A stretch of 64,000 nucleotides of DNA from an uncultured Nitrospiraceae bacterium (GTDB lineage Bacteria; Nitrospirota; Nitrospiria; Nitrospirales; Nitrospiraceae). Each line of letters opens with the position of its first letter. Position 1 is the first letter of the stretch. Below are positions 50,914-60,684 of the stretch, piece after piece. The position numbers and the translations under genes were made by a program. The notes under the pieces were generated by a model that was not told the origin of the DNA, did not search any database, and saw only the letters and a list, made by a program, of their open reading frames with translations. The stretch covers positions 320,001 through 384,000 of the forward strand of contig CAVPLT010000001.1 of assembly GCA_963706325.1 (NCBI GenBank). Reading direction: 5' to 3'.

Positions 50914-51930
50914 ATGGTCAACTTCGTGGTCGCGTTTTGGCGTCTTTCCTTCCGGCCGGTCGCTTGCAGTGCCCTGCTCTCGCTGACCTCACTTACTCCC
51001 TTCACGTGGGCCGAGACCATTGAGCCTCCCGCCGTCGAACCGGCTCCGGCTGCCGAACTGAGTGAGCCGGTTGCACCGGAGCCGCCGGAGCCAGCCATCG
51101 CCCCCATCTCCCCTTCAGTCGAAATCTCCGGTTCCATCTGGAGATCGAAGCCGGGCATTGTCTTTCTGCAAACTCCGATCGGGCCACTATCGCTCAGCTC
51201 AAAAACGGCCCTGCGTGACATCCGGAGTTCTCAGAAAATCACGCTGTGGATTCATGGAGCCACCACCGTCATCGATATACGTGAGCGAGGGGCCGGCACC
51301 CTCATCCATCGTTATGTCACCGCCATGCCAAGCTTTGCGTCTCCGGAAAAAACCACCGTGAGAGTCTGGACGCCGGATGGCGAGCAAACCCTGGCGCTCG
51401 GAGCATTCGGGGACAAAATTGCCGGACGCCCTGACCACCTCCCCTTCACCGTCGAAGTCGACAAGTCCGGCAACGTCCGCGGCCTGCATGACGTGCAATT
51501 CGACCTGCAAGTGAATCAGATTCCACGAACCGTGTCACAGGTGAGCCTGCTGTTGAACGGCACGGTCTCGAAGGTGAAATCAAATTATGTGTTCCTGAAC
51601 ACTCCGCTCGGTATCGTGACGGTGAGCGGGAAAACAGGCGTGCGAAACGCCAAGGCCGGACAGGAGATGTCGGTGTGGATCCACGAGCGACACGTGGCCA
51701 TCGACTTGTATCACAATGGCCTTTCCACCCCCTCCCGCAGGTTCTTATCCGGTCCGCTCGCCTACGCCGCCGGCGAGCCCAACCAGCTCATCATGCAGAC
51801 TCCCGAAGGAGAGAAATCCATCCCCTTCACGCAGCGGCCCGCCTCCCTCGCCACGCTGAAGGAAGGCTCTCCGATCACCGTCGAACTCAACCAGCAAGGC
51901 GAGCTCGTCGATATCCGCCGCGTCAACTAA
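50914..51930 (+). CDS. Secreted hypothetical protein with two internal ~125-aa beta-rich repeats
   Basis: Signal peptide, Pro/Glu linker, VFLQTPIG / VFLNTPLG and TPDGE / TPEGE duplications. Confidence 0.75.
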   Translation: MVNFVVAFWRLSFRPVACSALLSLTSLTPFTWAETIEPPAVEPAPAAELSEPVAPEPPEPAIAPISPSVEISGSIWRSKPGIVFLQTPIGPLSLSSKTALRDIRSSQKITLWIHGATTVIDIRERGAGTLIHRYVTAMPSFASPEKTTVRVWTPDGEQTLALGAFGDKIAGRPDHLPFTVEVDKSGNVRGLHDVQFDLQVNQIPRTVSQVSLLLNGTVSKVKSNYVFLNTPLGIVTVSGKTGVRNAKAGQEMSVWIHERHVAIDLYHNGLSTPSRRFLSGPLAYAAGEPNQLIMQTPEGEKSIPFTQRPASLATLKEGSPITVELNQQGELVDIRRVN

Positions 51931-51966
51931 TACTTCCGGATTGGTCTTCTCCCTGATTCCCGTTGC

Positions 51967-51995
51967 TTGACAGGGTCCAATGCCGCCCGTAGACT
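51967..51995 (+). promoter_or_regulatory. Sigma70 promoter TTGACA-N17-TAGACT for the ECF operon
   Basis: -35 at 51967-51972, -10 at 51990-51995, ATG at 52006. Confidence 0.7.
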
Positions 51996-52005
51996 CGCCC
52001 CGCCT

Positions 52006-52638
52006 ATGATTCCAGAGAAGAAAAGTCGACAGGGGAAGAACGACGGCCCTGCTCCTTCGAACTCCCGCTCCGGTTCATTCGATCAACTCTATCGCGACCA
52101 CATCGACATCATGTACCGGTTCGCCTATCGCCTCTGCGGTGAAGCCGAAGCGGCGAAAGATCTCGTCCAGGAAACTTTCCTTAACGCCTATCGCGCCTAT
52201 GACCGCTTTCGCGGAGACGCGCAGGTTTCGACTTGGCTGTATGCCATCGCATCACACGCCTGCCTGCGCATGCGCCGAAAACGCAAGGGAGAACCGGATC
52301 GCGAATTATCTCTCGAAGAATTTGTGCCGACCTCGGAAGGCGAGTTCGCCTTGCAGATTCCAATGGAAGGGCTCAGTCCGCAGGAAGCTTTAGAGAATAA
52401 AGAACTGCGCCAGATTCTGGACCGCGCCATTGCGAAGCTCCCGCGAAAATACCGGATGGTCTTAGTGCTCCGCGATATGGAAGGCTTGAGCGCGAAAGAA
52501 GTGGGAGGCATTCTAGGACTGAACGAACGCGCGATCAAGTCTCGGCTTCATCGAGCCCGGCTCTTTGTCAGGAAAGAACTCAGCGGCAGAGGGCTGGCGA
52601 ATGACGCGAATCGTGGCGCTCACACCCCGCTCGAATAG
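52006..52638 (+). CDS. ECF RNA polymerase sigma factor
   Basis: AKDLVQETFL.AY, STWLY.IA, LP.KYR.VLVLRDMEGLS, KSRLHRAR. Confidence 0.93.
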   Translation: MIPEKKSRQGKNDGPAPSNSRSGSFDQLYRDHIDIMYRFAYRLCGEAEAAKDLVQETFLNAYRAYDRFRGDAQVSTWLYAIASHACLRMRRKRKGEPDRELSLEEFVPTSEGEFALQIPMEGLSPQEALENKELRQILDRAIAKLPRKYRMVLVLRDMEGLSAKEVGGILGLNERAIKSRLHRARLFVRKELSGRGLANDANRGAHTPLE

Positions 52639-52663
52639 TTTGGTATAGTCAAGAAGGAACGCC

Positions 52664-52963
52664 ATGGCTGACCGAGTACGCACATATCCGGGCACCCGCA
52701 AGCCGACCCCTCACCAGGGCCACGGAAAACGAAACTGTGTCAAGATTTTGGAACGACTGTCGGCGTATTTAGATGACGAACTGTCCGGCGACATCTGCCT
52801 GGAAATCCGCAGTCACCTCGGCAGTTGTCCGAATTGCGAAGTGTTCCTCGATTCGCTACGACACACGGTACAGCTCTGTCAGCACCGACCCTCTCCCTCA
52901 CTGTCCGCCAAAGACCGTGCAACGCTCCGGCGCGAGATTTTGAAAGGCGCGGCATCCGCGTGA
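52664..52963 (+). CDS. zf-HC2 (ZAS) cytoplasmic anti-sigma factor
   Basis: C......LSAYLDDEL, HLGSCPNC (HxxxCxxC); no TM segment. Confidence 0.88.
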   Translation: MADRVRTYPGTRKPTPHQGHGKRNCVKILERLSAYLDDELSGDICLEIRSHLGSCPNCEVFLDSLRHTVQLCQHRPSPSLSAKDRATLRREILKGAASA

Positions 52964-52969
52964 CCGGTC

Positions 52970-53455
52970 GTGATGCGTGGCCTCATGACGCAAACTGTGA
53001 AAAGCCGAAAGGCGCCGGGTGAGGGACCGCGCCCGATTGGAGAGGTGAGGCCTTCGGCGAAATGGCGAATCCCTCGCATTCCCGACTGTCTGCTGGTGCT
53101 CTTTCTCTGCGTCTGCAGCGGAGGCGGCGTGCTGCTGGCTCAAACGACGGAGGAGCTTGATCGCGGCCGCTACCTCTATCACGAGCATTGCGTCGACTGT
53201 CATGGTGCGACCGGGAAGGGTGACGGCAGCAAATCTCCGTTTCTGTCGCCTCGACCAGGCAATCTTATTTCTGCCGCCACGTCCGCCAAGACAGACAAAG
53301 AACTGCTGCGAATTATCGCCCAGGGCAAGTCCCGCACCGCGATGCCGGCCTGGCAAGACGTGCTGCCCGCTGATGACCAGCAGGCGGTACTTCAATACAT
53401 CCGCTCGTTAATTCGATTTACCCGTCAGCCGACATCAGCCGCAGCAATCCCTTAA
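52970..53455 (+). CDS. Monoheme c-type cytochrome
   Basis: GRYLY...CVDCHG..GKGDG, TAMPAW (Met axial ligand); start uncertain. Confidence 0.88.
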   Translation: MMRGLMTQTVKSRKAPGEGPRPIGEVRPSAKWRIPRIPDCLLVLFLCVCSGGGVLLAQTTEELDRGRYLYHEHCVDCHGATGKGDGSKSPFLSPRPGNLISAATSAKTDKELLRIIAQGKSRTAMPAWQDVLPADDQQAVLQYIRSLIRFTRQPTSAAAIP

Positions 53456-53541
53456 ACATGCCTCTGCCTAGACACCTCTTTCGTCTGAAAAGAGTCACGT
53501 GCTACAGTGGCATTCTTTTCTTGTTACCGGAGGTCGTTCGC

Positions 53542-55251
53542 ATGATTCGCGGGAACCTGTTCCACCGACGACAGACGATTGCCATTATCACTTTCGCATG
53601 CTCACTCGTTATCTGGAATGGATCTGCCGACTCGGCCCTGGCAGCCGGCGGGAAAACCCATTCCGTGACGGCCCCGCCGAAACGCACCCCGGCCGTTCAG
53701 ACCGCACTGCGGTACGCCGAAGCCGTTGCTCACGGAGATCGCGTGACGGCCGGACAATTGGACTTCGCCTGCCAATATCGGTTCATCACAGGCTCGCCGA
53801 CGAAGGTGAAACAATTTGCTCCCGCCGGGGATCCTTCTTACGAGTCGTGCTGGCACACGCTGACCGAGGCGCACGCGCCGATGCTCAAGCGAACCGACAC
53901 CGTCATGGACGTCATCTGGCCGAGCACCGGACCCTTGGTGTTCTTTGGGGACGATCTGCCGAGAGCGCCGGCCTCTGCCTTCGTGATGGATGTCCTGGGA
54001 GTCTCACCTCCTGGAAGCGGCCTGCAGGCGACGGTCATCAATAGCCGCACGATTCCAGCCGGTTCGTTCCGTCTCACGTCTAAAGGCAAAGTCCTGGGGG
54101 TGCCGACGACGTTAGTTCAAATATCCGTGCAGTATCATGATCCCCTGACCTCACCGGTCACCTACGCAGCGGGCAATGTCAAATGGACCAACACCATCAA
54201 ACGTCCACGCAAGTCGTTGAAATCCGTTACGACCCAGTGGGTCGTCTTCACGGGACTAAAACGATATGGCTTCCCGGGAGATGCCGCAGTGTTCAACTTG
54301 CCCGTCGCGTCAGACCCCGAGGCCCTCGGCATGGTTGCAGAAAAAATTCCGTTCGCCACTGAAAGCAGCCGGGCATTGCCTGAATCTTTGAAATGGTGGG
54401 GACCGGACGATCAACCGGGCACCTTGACCGCCGCTGCGGCACGCGCGGCCAGCTTCCCCGATTTACGCGACCGCGTGGCGTTGCTCAACCGAGTGTTGCT
54501 CATCGATCCTCAACAGCCTGACGCTCTCACGGTGTTAACGCGACACCTCTACAGCGTGCTCCTGCATGAGGGCCGAAGTAGCCATCAGCTGAGCATCAAG
54601 AATCCCTCCTTGGGCATCGTGGTGGACGAGTTCTATTGGAACATCTACGCCCAAGGGGCCCGCATGGACCTCTCCAATGCGATGGAAATGGGCGGCCTCT
54701 CAGAACCGACACCGGCGGACTTCCTCTATCGCTTGATACCAGCGCTGCAAATGTTGGTCGCCATCAGACCGGAACAGCTCGACAATCGTTTTCGCCTGGG
54801 AGTCGCATACCGCTGGAACAATGATCAGGTACCGATGGTGGAAACCTTCGAGGCACTGGTCAGAGACATCCCTGATAGCCGGAAGACCCCCAAGGCCGAA
54901 GCCTTGCTTCAATTGGCCTGGTCGCGCATCAACAAAGTCTCATGGAACCGAATTCTGCATGATCCCGAGACACCGCGAGCCTATGCCGACGCCGAGGCCT
55001 CCTTGGCGAATGCCGAAATTCCTCTCGACAAATTTTTGGCCGAGTACACCCTGGCCTATAGCATGATCTTTTTGCCGAACTATGGGGACAAAACGAAAAT
55101 GCTTCAGCATCTGACCGAGGCCAAACGCTGGTTTGACGAAGTGCCGGGCAATACCATTGAGATATGGCGCTACTTTATGAAGGCGGAATTGCTTCATGCC
55201 GTACTCGACGCCGATCCGTTGTTCAACCCAATCTTGGCCACCATTTCCTAG
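53542..55251 (+). CDS. Secreted hypothetical protein with a C-terminal TPR-like region
   Basis: Signal peptide; LNRVLLIDPQQPDAL and RFRLGVAYRW helices; GGAGG RBS. Confidence 0.7.
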   Translation: MIRGNLFHRRQTIAIITFACSLVIWNGSADSALAAGGKTHSVTAPPKRTPAVQTALRYAEAVAHGDRVTAGQLDFACQYRFITGSPTKVKQFAPAGDPSYESCWHTLTEAHAPMLKRTDTVMDVIWPSTGPLVFFGDDLPRAPASAFVMDVLGVSPPGSGLQATVINSRTIPAGSFRLTSKGKVLGVPTTLVQISVQYHDPLTSPVTYAAGNVKWTNTIKRPRKSLKSVTTQWVVFTGLKRYGFPGDAAVFNLPVASDPEALGMVAEKIPFATESSRALPESLKWWGPDDQPGTLTAAAARAASFPDLRDRVALLNRVLLIDPQQPDALTVLTRHLYSVLLHEGRSSHQLSIKNPSLGIVVDEFYWNIYAQGARMDLSNAMEMGGLSEPTPADFLYRLIPALQMLVAIRPEQLDNRFRLGVAYRWNNDQVPMVETFEALVRDIPDSRKTPKAEALLQLAWSRINKVSWNRILHDPETPRAYADAEASLANAEIPLDKFLAEYTLAYSMIFLPNYGDKTKMLQHLTEAKRWFDEVPGNTIEIWRYFMKAELLHAVLDADPLFNPILATIS

Positions 55252-55264
55252 CTCGGAACAACTG

Positions 55265-55495
55265 ATGACCATTGAAGACCGAAGGTCCTCTGAAGTACGC
55301 AAAGGCGGCTATACAACTCACTTTCGATCGACATCCCGTAAACTCAGCAGCCCTGGGATTGTGGATGCCTTCGGCGGAGCGATGTTTTTGTTGCCTCTCC
55401 TCGGCCTATTTGCCCCGGGAGCCTGGGAGCGGGACCCTTCGGCCTTCAACCTGACGCTCGAACCAGACCCGAATCAGCCTGTCCAGGCTCAGTAG
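55265..55495 (+). pseudogene. 5'-truncated paralog of the PEGA lipoprotein at 5781-6200
   Basis: EVRKGGYTTHFRSTSRKLSSPGIVDAFGGAMFLLPLLGLFAPGAWERDP aligns with EVQKPGYQTQYRSASRKLSTLGILDVVGGALFLLPLFGLLSSAAWEHDP. Confidence 0.78.
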
Positions 55496-55545
55496 CAGTG
55501 CAGCATCTGTTGCATCATCCTTCACCGCTCCAAAGGTAGACCATT

Positions 55546-56601
55546 ATGATCGATGTCAAAGCTTACGCCGCGATGAACGCTACGACTCCGCTTGCACCGT
55601 TCACATGTTCTCGTCGCGAGGTGGGACGGCACGATGTACTCATCGATATCCACTACTGCGGCGTGTGTCATTCGGATGTGCACCAGGCACGGGATGAATG
55701 GGGCGGCTCGCTCTTCCCCATGGTGCCCGGGCATGAAATCGTGGGTACGGTCGAAAAGGTCGGCGCCTCGGCCAAACAATTTAAAGTCGGGCAAATGGTA
55801 GGGGTCGGTTGTTTTGTCGATTCCTGTAGAACGTGCCCCGCCTGCAAGAAAGGCCTGGAGCAATATTGCGAGGGGCATCTGAGCTTTACGTATAACGGGA
55901 CGGAACGGGACGGCGTCACGCCCACCTACGGCGGCTATTCCACTAAGGTCGTGGTTGATCAACGCTATGTCGTGCGGATTCCCAAACGGTTGCGCCCGGA
56001 GGAAGCCGCCCCACTCTTGTGCGCGGGCATTACGACCTATTCACCCCTGCGACATTGGCACGTCGGCAAGAAACATCGTTTGGCCGTAGTCGGACTCGGA
56101 GGCTTAGGGCACATGGCCGTAAAAATCGGCAATGCCCTGGGCGCCCACGTGACCGCCCTAAGTCACTCTGACAAGAAACAAGCCGATGCCAAGCGATTAG
56201 GGGCACGTGACTTTCATAACACATCGACAGGGGAGACGTTTGCGGCACTGGCCAGACAGTTCGACTTCATTCTGGACACCGTCTCAGCGCCGCATGATTT
56301 AAATGCCTACCTCGAGTTGCTGAAGACCGACGGCACGATGATCCTCGTGGGTGTACCGGAGAAGCCCGCTTCGCTGCAGGCGTTTCCCCTGATCCTCAAA
56401 AGACGCCGCATCGCCGGCTCCATCATCGGCGGCATCAAGGAGACCCAGGAGATGCTCGACTTCTGCGCGAAACACAAGTTCGGAGCGGACGTCGAAGTCA
56501 TTCCCATCCAACAGATCAACGCCGCCTACGACCGCCTCATCCGCGGCGACGTGCGCTATCGCTTCGTGATCGATATGCAATCGCTCAAACAGAACACGTA
56601 G
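55546..56601 (+). CDS. NADP-dependent alcohol dehydrogenase (cinnamyl-alcohol/YahK type)
   Basis: CGVCHSD, PGHE, C..C..C..GLEQYC, APLLCAGITTYSPL, GLGGLGHM. Confidence 0.93.
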   Translation: MIDVKAYAAMNATTPLAPFTCSRREVGRHDVLIDIHYCGVCHSDVHQARDEWGGSLFPMVPGHEIVGTVEKVGASAKQFKVGQMVGVGCFVDSCRTCPACKKGLEQYCEGHLSFTYNGTERDGVTPTYGGYSTKVVVDQRYVVRIPKRLRPEEAAPLLCAGITTYSPLRHWHVGKKHRLAVVGLGGLGHMAVKIGNALGAHVTALSHSDKKQADAKRLGARDFHNTSTGETFAALARQFDFILDTVSAPHDLNAYLELLKTDGTMILVGVPEKPASLQAFPLILKRRRIAGSIIGGIKETQEMLDFCAKHKFGADVEVIPIQQINAAYDRLIRGDVRYRFVIDMQSLKQNT

Positions 56602-56888
56602 CATATCGCCCGACAACACCACTTCAACTGAGAGCGGTGCATTTTTTTGTCGCACCTGGCGAACAGCTCAGCAGGTCGCTCACCCAGCACCACTTGGGCA
56701 CTATGCATGCGTGACGAGCGCTTCCCCTCTATCCGTTACCCGCCTGCCCATGTGGCGCGCAGCGTGCTACTCACCTAAGCGATGCCTGCTATGGTCCGCG
56801 AGGTGCGCGACACGAAGAATAATGAGCATCATGCTTATTCACGCCGGCGAGACAGTGAGCCAGCCGTGTCTTCGAAGGTCAGGCCGCC

Positions 56889-58265
56889 CTATCTCTTTCT
56901 CTTTTCCATCTTTGCCAACTCCTCCAGATAATGCACAAAGGCTTTCATGCCGCCGGAGGCTTGGCCCCAGTCGAAGTACTCGTTCGGCGCATGATACCCA
57001 TGTTCGGGTAGACTGAGCCCCATGAACAAGATCGGCACCTTCCACGCTTTCTGCATCGTCACCACGGCGCCGATCGAGCCACCTTCTCGGATAAATGCCG
57101 GTTCCTTCCCGAAGCCTGCTTTCACCGACCGCTTCACCGCTTCGACATAGGGCCCGTCGAAGACCCCGCGGAACGGCTGCAGCATGCCCTCACGCTCGAC
57201 CTTCACGTCAGGATTGAGCTTGGCGACATGCTGCTTTAAAAGCGCAAAGGTTTTCTCCGGGGTTTGGTTCGGCACTAGGCGCATACTGACTTTGAGTTCA
57301 CCATGTCCCGGCACCACCGTCTTCACCCCTGGCCCATGATAGCCGCCGACGAGACCATGCACTTCAAACGTCGGCGCGGCCCAAATGCGGCGCATGACGT
57401 CTGCCGGCTCGTGCGTGCGGAGCGTCTTGAACCCATAGGCTTGCTTAAAGCGACTGACCTGGAAACCCGATCTGAGGAAGCTCTTGATCTCCGCCTTCGT
57501 GGGCTCAACCACATCCTGATAAAATCCCGGGATCTTCACCTTCCCGGTCTTCGCATCCACACAGGCGTGAACGATGTCCATTAACTCTGCCAGCGGATTG
57601 CGAGCCGCGCCGCCCGTCACACCAGAGTGAGCATCCTTAGACCCGGTTCGCAGGACAAGCCGCGCGCCGAGCAAACCACGCAATCCGTAGGGCATCGCCG
57701 GCTGAGTTTTCGACAACCAGATGGTGTCCGAAATCACCACCGAATCCGGGCGAGGAATCGCCACGCGGTTTCTGATCGCTGCCGCAAAGCTGGGGCTCCC
57801 GTTTTCTTCTTCCAGTTCCCATAGGAAGCGCACATTGATCGGCACGCTCTGCTCAATGGCATACCGCGCTCCGAACAAGGCGGCGAAGGCCGGACCCTTG
57901 TCATCGGTCGCTCCACGCCCGCGGTAGATGCCATTGTCCTTCTGAAACGCAAAGGGGGCCTGTTTCCACTCCGGCTCTTGCGCCGGCTGCACGTCCATAT
58001 GGTTATAAATGGTCACCGTCGGGTAGGCCGGATTGATCATCCAGCCGCCCGATACCACCGGATAGCCCGGCGTCTCGACCACCTGCGCCTCCGCCCCGAC
58101 ATCCCGCAGGTATTGCGCTGCAAGTTCGGCCATGCGACGCACATCCGGGGCATATGTGGGATCCATACTGATCGACGGAATCTCGACGGCCTGCCCCAGC
58201 ATGTCTTCGTAACGTGGACGAATGTCTTTGATATAGGTATCCAACTGCCCTTCGAATTCTCGCAT
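56889..58265 (-). CDS. M20/M25/M40 family metallo-dipeptidase
   Basis: YNHMDVQP, GRGATDDKG, EEENGS, HSG..GG, REGGSI, HAPNE. Confidence 0.92.
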   Translation of the reverse strand: MREFEGQLDTYIKDIRPRYEDMLGQAVEIPSISMDPTYAPDVRRMAELAAQYLRDVGAEAQVVETPGYPVVSGGWMINPAYPTVTIYNHMDVQPAQEPEWKQAPFAFQKDNGIYRGRGATDDKGPAFAALFGARYAIEQSVPINVRFLWELEEENGSPSFAAAIRNRVAIPRPDSVVISDTIWLSKTQPAMPYGLRGLLGARLVLRTGSKDAHSGVTGGAARNPLAELMDIVHACVDAKTGKVKIPGFYQDVVEPTKAEIKSFLRSGFQVSRFKQAYGFKTLRTHEPADVMRRIWAAPTFEVHGLVGGYHGPGVKTVVPGHGELKVSMRLVPNQTPEKTFALLKQHVAKLNPDVKVEREGMLQPFRGVFDGPYVEAVKRSVKAGFGKEPAFIREGGSIGAVVTMQKAWKVPILFMGLSLPEHGYHAPNEYFDWGQASGGMKAFVHYLEELAKMEKRKR

Positions 58266-58364
58266 CGTGCTGCCTCCTCATGACCGGCGGCGATTATATC
58301 GACTCGACGAGAGAAAGCACAGAACGACGGCGATGATCGGCGCAAAGAATGGTAGAATGCGGTC

Positions 58365-58853
58365 ATGAGCGACGGTTCCTCTCAGCTTGCGCATGGCCTA
58401 CGTACATGGCTCATCTGCGGCCTCCTCGGCCTGGCACTCGGCTTGGCCATGAATCACTCCCTCGCCTCGGCTGAGGAAACTGTCACCGTGCAAGAAATTC
58501 TCGCGGACCCGGCACTCTTTCACTTGCGGCAAATCACGTTGCGCGGAACCGTGCGCAACGTCCAGCCACTTGATCCGTATGAAATCCCGGCCGGCTCCAC
58601 CTGTTACGGCGGCTACCTGTTCGGCTTGGAGGACGATACGGCCATGCTGCCCGTGGCCGTGCCGGGGCTTTGCGGAGTTCCGATGGTCAAGGATCCGGAC
58701 GTGGAAGATGGCGCGCGCGTGGCGGTGGAAGCCACCGTTCAAGCTCCCAGTCATGGCGGCTACGCGTTGAGCTTTAAAGGCGGAAAGATTGCGATGGATC
58801 AAGAGGGGGTCGTGCAGGCGATTGCCAATCGCATTACGCCGTTGATTGAATAA
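58365..58853 (+). CDS. Secreted OB-fold-like hypothetical protein
   Basis: Signal peptide; TVQEILADP..F....ITLRGTV; F.LEDDT..LPV. Confidence 0.65.
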   Translation: MSDGSSQLAHGLRTWLICGLLGLALGLAMNHSLASAEETVTVQEILADPALFHLRQITLRGTVRNVQPLDPYEIPAGSTCYGGYLFGLEDDTAMLPVAVPGLCGVPMVKDPDVEDGARVAVEATVQAPSHGGYALSFKGGKIAMDQEGVVQAIANRITPLIE

Positions 58854-58857
58854 GACC

Positions 58858-59808
58858 ATGACGTATCCTCTCAGTGAATCTTCTCCCGCACTGTCAGCCC
58901 CTTCCCGGACGCGCGTGGGCTGGATCGGCACCGGCGTCATGGGGGCGCCTATGTGCCACCATCTCCAGCAAGCGCATTACCGGGTCACCATCTATACAAG
59001 AAATCGAAGCAAAGCCTCCCTGGTGCTTGCCAAGGGAGCGACGTGGGCCGACTCCCCCGCCGCCGTGGCCGAGCAGACAGACGTTGTCATCACGATGGTA
59101 GGATTTCCCGCCGATGTCCGCGAGGTCTACTTCGGAGAGCACGGACTGTTGCCCGCCGCGCGACCGGGCATGGTGCTGATCGACATGACCACGACTGAGC
59201 CCTCACTGGCACAGGAAATCTCTCTCACAGCCCAAACACAGGGAGCGTTTGCCGTCGACGCCCCCGTCTCCGGGGGTGATGTCGGGGCGAGAAATGCCAC
59301 TCTCTCCATCATGGTCGGGGGAGCCACCAAAGCGGTCCAGGCCGTCATGCCATTGCTCGAATGCCTCGGCAAGAAGATCGTCCATCAGGGCGACTCCGGG
59401 ATGGGACAACATGCCAAGCTTTGCAATCAAATCGTCATCGCCGGCACGATGATCGGCGTGTGCGAGAGTCTGTTATACGGCTACAAGGCGGGGCTGCAGC
59501 TAGATCGCATGCTTGATTCTATTCGCGGCGGCGCCGCGGCCTGTTGGACGCTGGAGCATCTCGCACCACGAATACTCGAGCGCAATTTCGATCCCGGTTT
59601 CTTCGTCGAACATTTTATCAAAGACATGGGCATTGCGCTGGAGGAAGCGCGAAGGCGGCAACTCACCTTGCCGGGTCTGGCCCTCGCGCATCGTCTCTAC
59701 GAACGAGTGCAGGCACTCGGCCACGGTCGAGCAGGCACCCATGCCCTTATGTTGGCGCTCGAAGATCTGTCGCACATCGACTTGCCCAATCCTCCCGCCT
59801 CACCATGA
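58858..59808 (+). CDS. NAD(P)-dependent oxidoreductase (3-hydroxyisobutyrate dehydrogenase/GarR family)
   Basis: GWIGTGVMG, DAPVSGGDVGA, KLCNQI, PGFFVEHFIKD. Confidence 0.92.
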   Translation: MTYPLSESSPALSAPSRTRVGWIGTGVMGAPMCHHLQQAHYRVTIYTRNRSKASLVLAKGATWADSPAAVAEQTDVVITMVGFPADVREVYFGEHGLLPAARPGMVLIDMTTTEPSLAQEISLTAQTQGAFAVDAPVSGGDVGARNATLSIMVGGATKAVQAVMPLLECLGKKIVHQGDSGMGQHAKLCNQIVIAGTMIGVCESLLYGYKAGLQLDRMLDSIRGGAAACWTLEHLAPRILERNFDPGFFVEHFIKDMGIALEEARRRQLTLPGLALAHRLYERVQALGHGRAGTHALMLALEDLSHIDLPNPPASP

Positions 59809-59821
59809 CCAGAGGAATTCT

Positions 59822-60553
59822 ATGAAAATACTGGCTCCGTCCATCTTCCTCGGATTCATTGTGCTGCTGACTGTGTCCGGTTGTAGCAGCAGTCGCGGCC
59901 TCAGCCACCAGGCGCTGCAGCAATCCTTTCATGAGCATCCCGACGTCGTCACCGACCAGGACGTCGCAAAAACCCTGGCGCTGCAGGGGCACTTACCTGC
60001 GCCCTATCGCCTGGCCATTTTCTATAAATACAAAGATTTTCCCGGCAGCCCCACGTTGCGAAAAGTCGATTGGATCAGTGCGGACGCTGAACGCCTCCAG
60101 CGAGCGCTCGAGCCGGTCAAGGAGGAAGGCATTCTTCAGCAGAGCTTTCTGCTCGCCAATTCAAGCGTACAGGGCACAACCTTTCGCGACATTCGTCTGG
60201 CCGCAGCCAGATACAATGCCGACGCGATTCTTCTGATCGATGGCGCGGCCGCGGTGGATCGATACAACAACGGTCATGCCTGGTGGTATGCGACCGGCCT
60301 CGGCGTCTACCTTGCACATGGTACCGAAAGCCACGCGCTGTTCATGATGGAAGGCACCTTGTGGGATGTGCGCTCCGGTTATCTGTACGGGACGCAAACC
60401 GCACAGGGCGAGACAACCCTCATCGGTCCGGCGTCGTCGCTTGATGACAAGGCCGCAATTGCCGAGGCCAAGGATGTAGCGATGGAACGATTCGGCAAAG
60501 AACTAGCCGATATGTTGCGGGTACTGAGAGAGAAGCAACGAGGTTCCAAGTGA
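59822..60553 (+). CDS. Hypothetical lipoprotein (rhombotarget-lipoprotein-like)
   Basis: VSGC lipobox; IRLAAARYNADAIL, LWDVRSGYLY. Confidence 0.68.
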   Translation: MKILAPSIFLGFIVLLTVSGCSSSRGLSHQALQQSFHEHPDVVTDQDVAKTLALQGHLPAPYRLAIFYKYKDFPGSPTLRKVDWISADAERLQRALEPVKEEGILQQSFLLANSSVQGTTFRDIRLAAARYNADAILLIDGAAAVDRYNNGHAWWYATGLGVYLAHGTESHALFMMEGTLWDVRSGYLYGTQTAQGETTLIGPASSLDDKAAIAEAKDVAMERFGKELADMLRVLREKQRGSK

Positions 60554-60562
60554 GCGGCGGCG

Positions 60563-60683
60563 CGGGCTCTCAAAATACTCTCTGGCAAGGCCGCATTGAG
60601 TGAGCGACTGAAGCGTACTCCCGGCAGTACGTCGAAGTCATGAACGAAACGAGAACGAAGCCCGAAGCCATTTTCAGCGCCCG
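60563..60683. repeat. ~120-bp intergenic palindromic repeat, copy 2
   Basis: CGGGC.CTCAAAAT ... CATTTTCAGCGCCCG; shares AGGCCGCA, GCGTAC..GTACGT and CGAGAACGA with 10560-10684. Confidence 0.7.
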
Positions 60684-60684
60684 G

